Assembly (NCBI GenBank): GCA_965216565.1
Contig: OZ244170.1
Location: forward strand, 1,472,001 to 1,536,000
DNA: 64,000 nt
Source: Bythopirellula sp.
GTDB lineage: Bacteria; Planctomycetota; Planctomycetia; Pirellulales; Lacipirellulaceae
Direction: 5' to 3'
Part shown: one piece after another, positions 60,449 through 64,000 of the stretch
How positions within the stretch are numbered: the first letter of the stretch is position 1
Layout: each line of letters begins with the position of its first letter
Notes under the pieces: generated by a model
Databases searched by the model: none
Seen by the model: the letters and a program-made list of their open reading frames with translations, nothing else
What the model was told of the DNA's origin: nothing
Translations under genes and position numbers: made by a program

Positions 60449-61216
60449 CTAAGAGTCGGCATCGCCCGCCAATGGCGCTTCTTCTGAGGGGTAAGCCACT
60501 GGATGGCCTTCGATCTCGTTTAACGCGTTTTGGGCTGCCCGTTGTTCTGATTCTTTCTTGCTACGTCCCCAAGCAGCTGAAAATCGTCGATGAGCTACTT
60601 GGGCGGAAATTTTGAAGCACTTGCTGTGGTCGGGCCCTTTTTCATCGAGCAGCTGATAGATAGGCGTCGTACCGTGTTCGCGTTGGGCGAACTGCTGAAG
60701 TTGCGATTTGTAGTTACCTGCGAAATCTGCCGATGCGGCTAACACGATTTCATCCTTCACATGACGCAAGATGAAATCTCGCGTGGGCTCAATACCGCCG
60801 TCCAAATAGATCGCCGCAATTAAGGATTCGAACACGGCCGCCAGTACCGAACGTGGAATCTCAGGATCTGCCGCCATTCCCTTGCCGAGGAAGAGAAACT
60901 CGTGCAGCTTAATGGACTCGGTAATTCTAGCGCAGGTGTCCCGACTGACGACCACAGATTTCACTTTGGTCATCTCTCCTTCCAGAAATTCAGGGTACTG
61001 GAGGTAGAGCTGCTCGCAAACCACCAAGCCCAAGATGGCATCGCCCAGGAATTCCATCCGCTCGTTGGATGCCAAACGGTGCGAGACTCCAGAGGCGTGC
61101 TTGAGAGCAGCTTCCAGCAATTCAGGATTCGTGAATTGGTAGCCCACACTCTGTTGGCAGAGCCTCAAATCGTCTGGCTCCAGACTACTCTCATCATTTA
61201 CAGACGGATTTGACAT
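60449..61216 (-). CDS. rnc: Ribonuclease III
   Basis: NERMEFLGDA, FESLIAAIYLD, C-terminal dsRBD; start refined to ATG 61216. Confidence 0.95.
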   Translation of the reverse strand: MSNPSVNDESSLEPDDLRLCQQSVGYQFTNPELLEAALKHASGVSHRLASNERMEFLGDAILGLVVCEQLYLQYPEFLEGEMTKVKSVVVSRDTCARITESIKLHEFLFLGKGMAADPEIPRSVLAAVFESLIAAIYLDGGIEPTRDFILRHVKDEIVLAASADFAGNYKSQLQQFAQREHGTTPIYQLLDEKGPDHSKCFKISAQVAHRRFSAAWGRSKKESEQRAAQNALNEIEGHPVAYPSEEAPLAGDADS

Positions 61217-61431
61217 CCAACAACTATTATAAGAAAGAAAAAGATGGGTATCAGCAGTGGCACCGACACACAGAGTGTGCCATAACGGAATTCTTACCGC
61301 ACCATAGTAAGCGGCCCGCGAGAGAGCGTAAAGACTTACGCTGCCACCACTTCCGCATGCCTTTAGGCTAGTCATGATCTAGCAGATTGTCAACGGAAGG
61401 CACAGCTTCCACGACCGACCAGTAGTACGCA

Positions 61432-62814
61432 ATGAACACACTATTTTTACCCGAAATTCGTGAAATGCTCGAAACCAACGATCAAGTTGGTTTAGCTGAG
61501 TTTTGTACTGCTTTGCATCCCGGTCGAACTGCGGAGTACATGGACGGACTCGACCCGCAGGAATCGTGGGCTGTACTGAAATCCACCGATATCGAACACC
61601 GCGTTCAGATCTTTGGATTCCTGGAGGAAGAACGTCAGGTCCAGATTGTCGAATCCAGCGATCCTACGGAGCTCAGCGAGTTAATCGCAGAGATGCCCTC
61701 CGACGACCGAGTCGACTTACTAAACAAGGTAGACCCGCAAATCGTCGAAGCCATGTTGCCGTTGATTCCCACGGAAGAACGGCGCGATATCCTCAGACTG
61801 AGTCAGCACCCTGAGGGAACTGCGGGTGCGGTCATGACCACCGAAGTGGCGGCTATGTCTGAGTCGCTGACAGTGGTTCAGGCATTGGAGGAAATCGGAC
61901 GGCAAACAAAAGACTTAGAGACCATCTACTACATCTACATTGTTGATGAAGAAAATCATCTGCGCGGCTTGGTTTCCGCTCGGGAACTGATGACCCGCCT
62001 TGGCAAACCCGAGACGACACTGGGCACGTTCATGGAGCGCGATCTTGTCACCGTTGAAGTTACGGACGACCAGGAGATTGTTGCTGAAAAGGTCGCCGCT
62101 TTCGACTTTCTAGCAATCCCAGTGGTCGATCACGAGCAACACCTGTTGGGCATCATCACGCACGACGACGTCATCGACGTGCTGATCGAGGAGGCCGAAG
62201 AAGATGCATACCGCGCTGCGGCTGTTGAGCCTCTGCAGGATAGCTATTTGCAAACCGGATTGTTGCAATTGACGTGGAATCGTGGAATTTGGCTGTTTAT
62301 TTTGTTCGCCGCCGCGTTGTTAACAGCCTATGCCTTGAAGACGTATAAAGTTGAAATTGATAAAGTCACTTGGCTCGTGTTCTTTATTCCTCTGATTATG
62401 TCGAGCGGCGGGAATACCGGCGGGCAATCGGCAACGCTGATTATTCGCGCCTTGAGCAACAACGACATCAAGCTCTCCGACGCGAAGCAGGTAATATTCC
62501 GAGAATTGATTACCGGGCTTATCTTGGGCGGATCATTGGCCGTACTCGGCTATCTCGTAGGCCTAGTGATGCTCGAAGGCCCCACTTCTTATGAGCTACT
62601 TGTCGTTCCGATCACTTTATTGATCGTGGTGCTCTTTGGGGCGCTTTGCGGTGCAATTCTCCCCCTCGTGTTTCGCCGCCTGGGAGTCGACGAGGCACTG
62701 ATGAGCACGCCCTTCGTCACGGTTTTAATCGATATCGGTGGAATCGTGATCTACATGTTCGTCGCGACCATGATGATCGAAGAACTAGCGGCTGTTGTCG
62801 ACCAGGCCGGCTAA
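61432..62814 (+). CDS. mgtE: Magnesium transporter MgtE
   Basis: TAGAVM plus CBS pair, GGNTGGQS, MSTPFVTVLID. Confidence 0.93.
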   Translation: MNTLFLPEIREMLETNDQVGLAEFCTALHPGRTAEYMDGLDPQESWAVLKSTDIEHRVQIFGFLEEERQVQIVESSDPTELSELIAEMPSDDRVDLLNKVDPQIVEAMLPLIPTEERRDILRLSQHPEGTAGAVMTTEVAAMSESLTVVQALEEIGRQTKDLETIYYIYIVDEENHLRGLVSARELMTRLGKPETTLGTFMERDLVTVEVTDDQEIVAEKVAAFDFLAIPVVDHEQHLLGIITHDDVIDVLIEEAEEDAYRAAAVEPLQDSYLQTGLLQLTWNRGIWLFILFAAALLTAYALKTYKVEIDKVTWLVFFIPLIMSSGGNTGGQSATLIIRALSNNDIKLSDAKQVIFRELITGLILGGSLAVLGYLVGLVMLEGPTSYELLVVPITLLIVVLFGALCGAILPLVFRRLGVDEALMSTPFVTVLIDIGGIVIYMFVATMMIEELAAVVDQAG

Positions 62815-62835
62815 CTCGGCTGAAGACATCACACG

Positions 62836-63192
62836 TTAGACATTCAAGACAGGTCCGCCAACGTACATTTGCAGCACCTGGCTTTGAACCTTAATCGCTC
62901 GGACAAGTACCCAGATTTGGTCCTGAGTGAACTTCTCGGGGTCCGAATTGGCCAATTCTTCAAGCTCTTGAGTCATCGCAGCGTGTTGGTCGGTGACAGC
63001 CTGCAGTTTCATGCTAATTTCTGTCCACGCCGATTTGAGCTCTTCCGTTTCTGCCAGTTCCTTGAGTTCATCCGAACGGTTCGCTAGTAGCAGGCAGAGC
63101 CGAGCAACATCTTGGGCGGTTGCATCGGGTTGAAGGTCTTGGATCTTTTCAGCCAGTAGGTTGCAATTCATGGTGTCGTCTCTTGAAAGCAT
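62836..63192 (-). CDS. Hypothetical helical protein
   Basis: Coiled-coil-like composition; likely start at MNCNLL (63171). Confidence 0.7.
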   Translation of the reverse strand: MLSRDDTMNCNLLAEKIQDLQPDATAQDVARLCLLLANRSDELKELAETEELKSAWTEISMKLQAVTDQHAAMTQELEELANSDPEKFTQDQIWVLVRAIKVQSQVLQMYVGGPVLNV

Positions 63193-63628
63193 TAGAAAAG
63201 TGAGCCGATTCTGATCGGCAGTGTGGGTTGGCCTCCTGTCGGTCGAACAGAAAATCTGTATCGAACAGAACAGGGGACTAATTAACTGAAGAGCTTTATT
63301 ACTTGACGGGTATCGAGGAGATAAGTGCTGGGTATTGTCTGAGAACTTGCCTCAAATATCCAAACAACTCTAGCTCATGGTTCTCGCCTCGTCGAATCTT
63401 CGATAGACTTAGTGCTGTTTTAAGGGTCTACCGCATTCGATTGAGCTGGCGAGAGAACCTGCGTTATTTCGCTGTGTCTTTAGGAGATATACAGGTTATT
63501 TCACGAATGTGCGCAGATTCGGATTCTGCGGATCGTTTGAACTATCCGGAGAAATCAGAGTTCCGTCCTCGTGTGAGTAGCTAGGTCGTAATCCCCATTA
63601 GAAGAGTATTTGCTGGAGTTAATCTGTC

Positions 63629-64000
63629 ATGCCCAGTCTTGGAGTAAATATCGATCACGTTGCCACAGTTCGTCAGGCACGGTTAACGAACGAGCCCGAT
63701 CCCGTGTGGGCGGCAACTTTGGCGGAGCTTGGCGGGGCAGATGGCATTACCTTGCATCTTCGCGAGGACCGCAGGCATATTCAGGAGCGCGATCTGCATC
63801 TGTTGGGACAAACCGTTGCCGTGAAGCTGAACTTGGAACTCGCCTGCAGCGACGATATCGTCGAGATCGCTTGCGGAGCCCGCCCGTATCAGGCGACTTT
63901 GGTTCCCGAGCGCCGCGAAGAAGTCACTACCGAGGGGGGGCTCGATGTCGCGGGGAATCTGCAGAATATTTCCCAGGCAGTTAAAAAGCTACAGGATGCA
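63629..64000 (+). CDS. pdxJ: Pyridoxine 5'-phosphate synthase, 3'-truncated by the window edge
   Basis: Manual translation [18 protein letters not shown]...[17 protein letters not shown]...[15 protein letters not shown]. Confidence 0.95.
   Translation, partial: MPSLGVNIDHVATVRQARLTNEPDPVWAATLAELGGADGITLHLREDRRHIQERDLHLLGQTVAVKLNLELACSDDIVEIACGARPYQATLVPERREEVTTEGGLDVAGNLQNISQAVKKLQDA

Noticed and set aside
63610..63984. 124-aa plus-strand ORF in the track
   Set aside because: Wrong frame; the real gene is pdxJ starting at 63629.

Overview
The window looks like a planctomycete chromosome segment, inferred from DUF1559, PEP-CTERM proteins with DxDGDG-type repeats, a planctomycete-type ECF sigma factor, sulfatases and several csrA copies. 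It has three zones. (1) 1-41.7 kb is a stress, ion-homeostasis and signalling region ending at a tyrosine integrase next to an initiator tRNA-Met. It holds two MscK-like channels, an AdoMetDC-like/SET-domain gene pair behind a tandem structured leader, CorA/MgtE/TerC, an operon of amidohydrolase + QEGLA/MATCAP-like peptidase + MscK + two GshB-like ATP-grasp ligases, two CsrA, a hybrid kinase, a Ser/Thr kinase, two PP2C phosphatases, an NtrC-type activator, groES-groEL, PTS enzyme I, GT4/GH130 genes and two unannotated Lys-rich 'MGDKG' micropeptides. Seven correctly spaced sigma-54 (-24/-12) promoter motifs lie in the intergenic regions between 14 and 30 kb. (2) 42-60 kb holds a prenyltransferase-repeat gene, tRNA-Arg(ACG) and a glycan-utilisation locus (DUF1559, five PEP-CTERM-type proteins including one sulfatase and an SGNH hydrolase, a second sulfatase, a sugar-binding protein, ECF/FecR and GH78). 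(3) 60-64 kb is housekeeping (rnc, mgtE, pdxJ). The best candidates for new biology are the AdoMetDC-SET module (SET NHSC motif changed to LHSC, plus a tandem RNA leader), the dual-ligase/dual-hydrolase/channel operon and the self-activating sigma-54 regulon. All calls come from motifs read by eye; no database searches were run.
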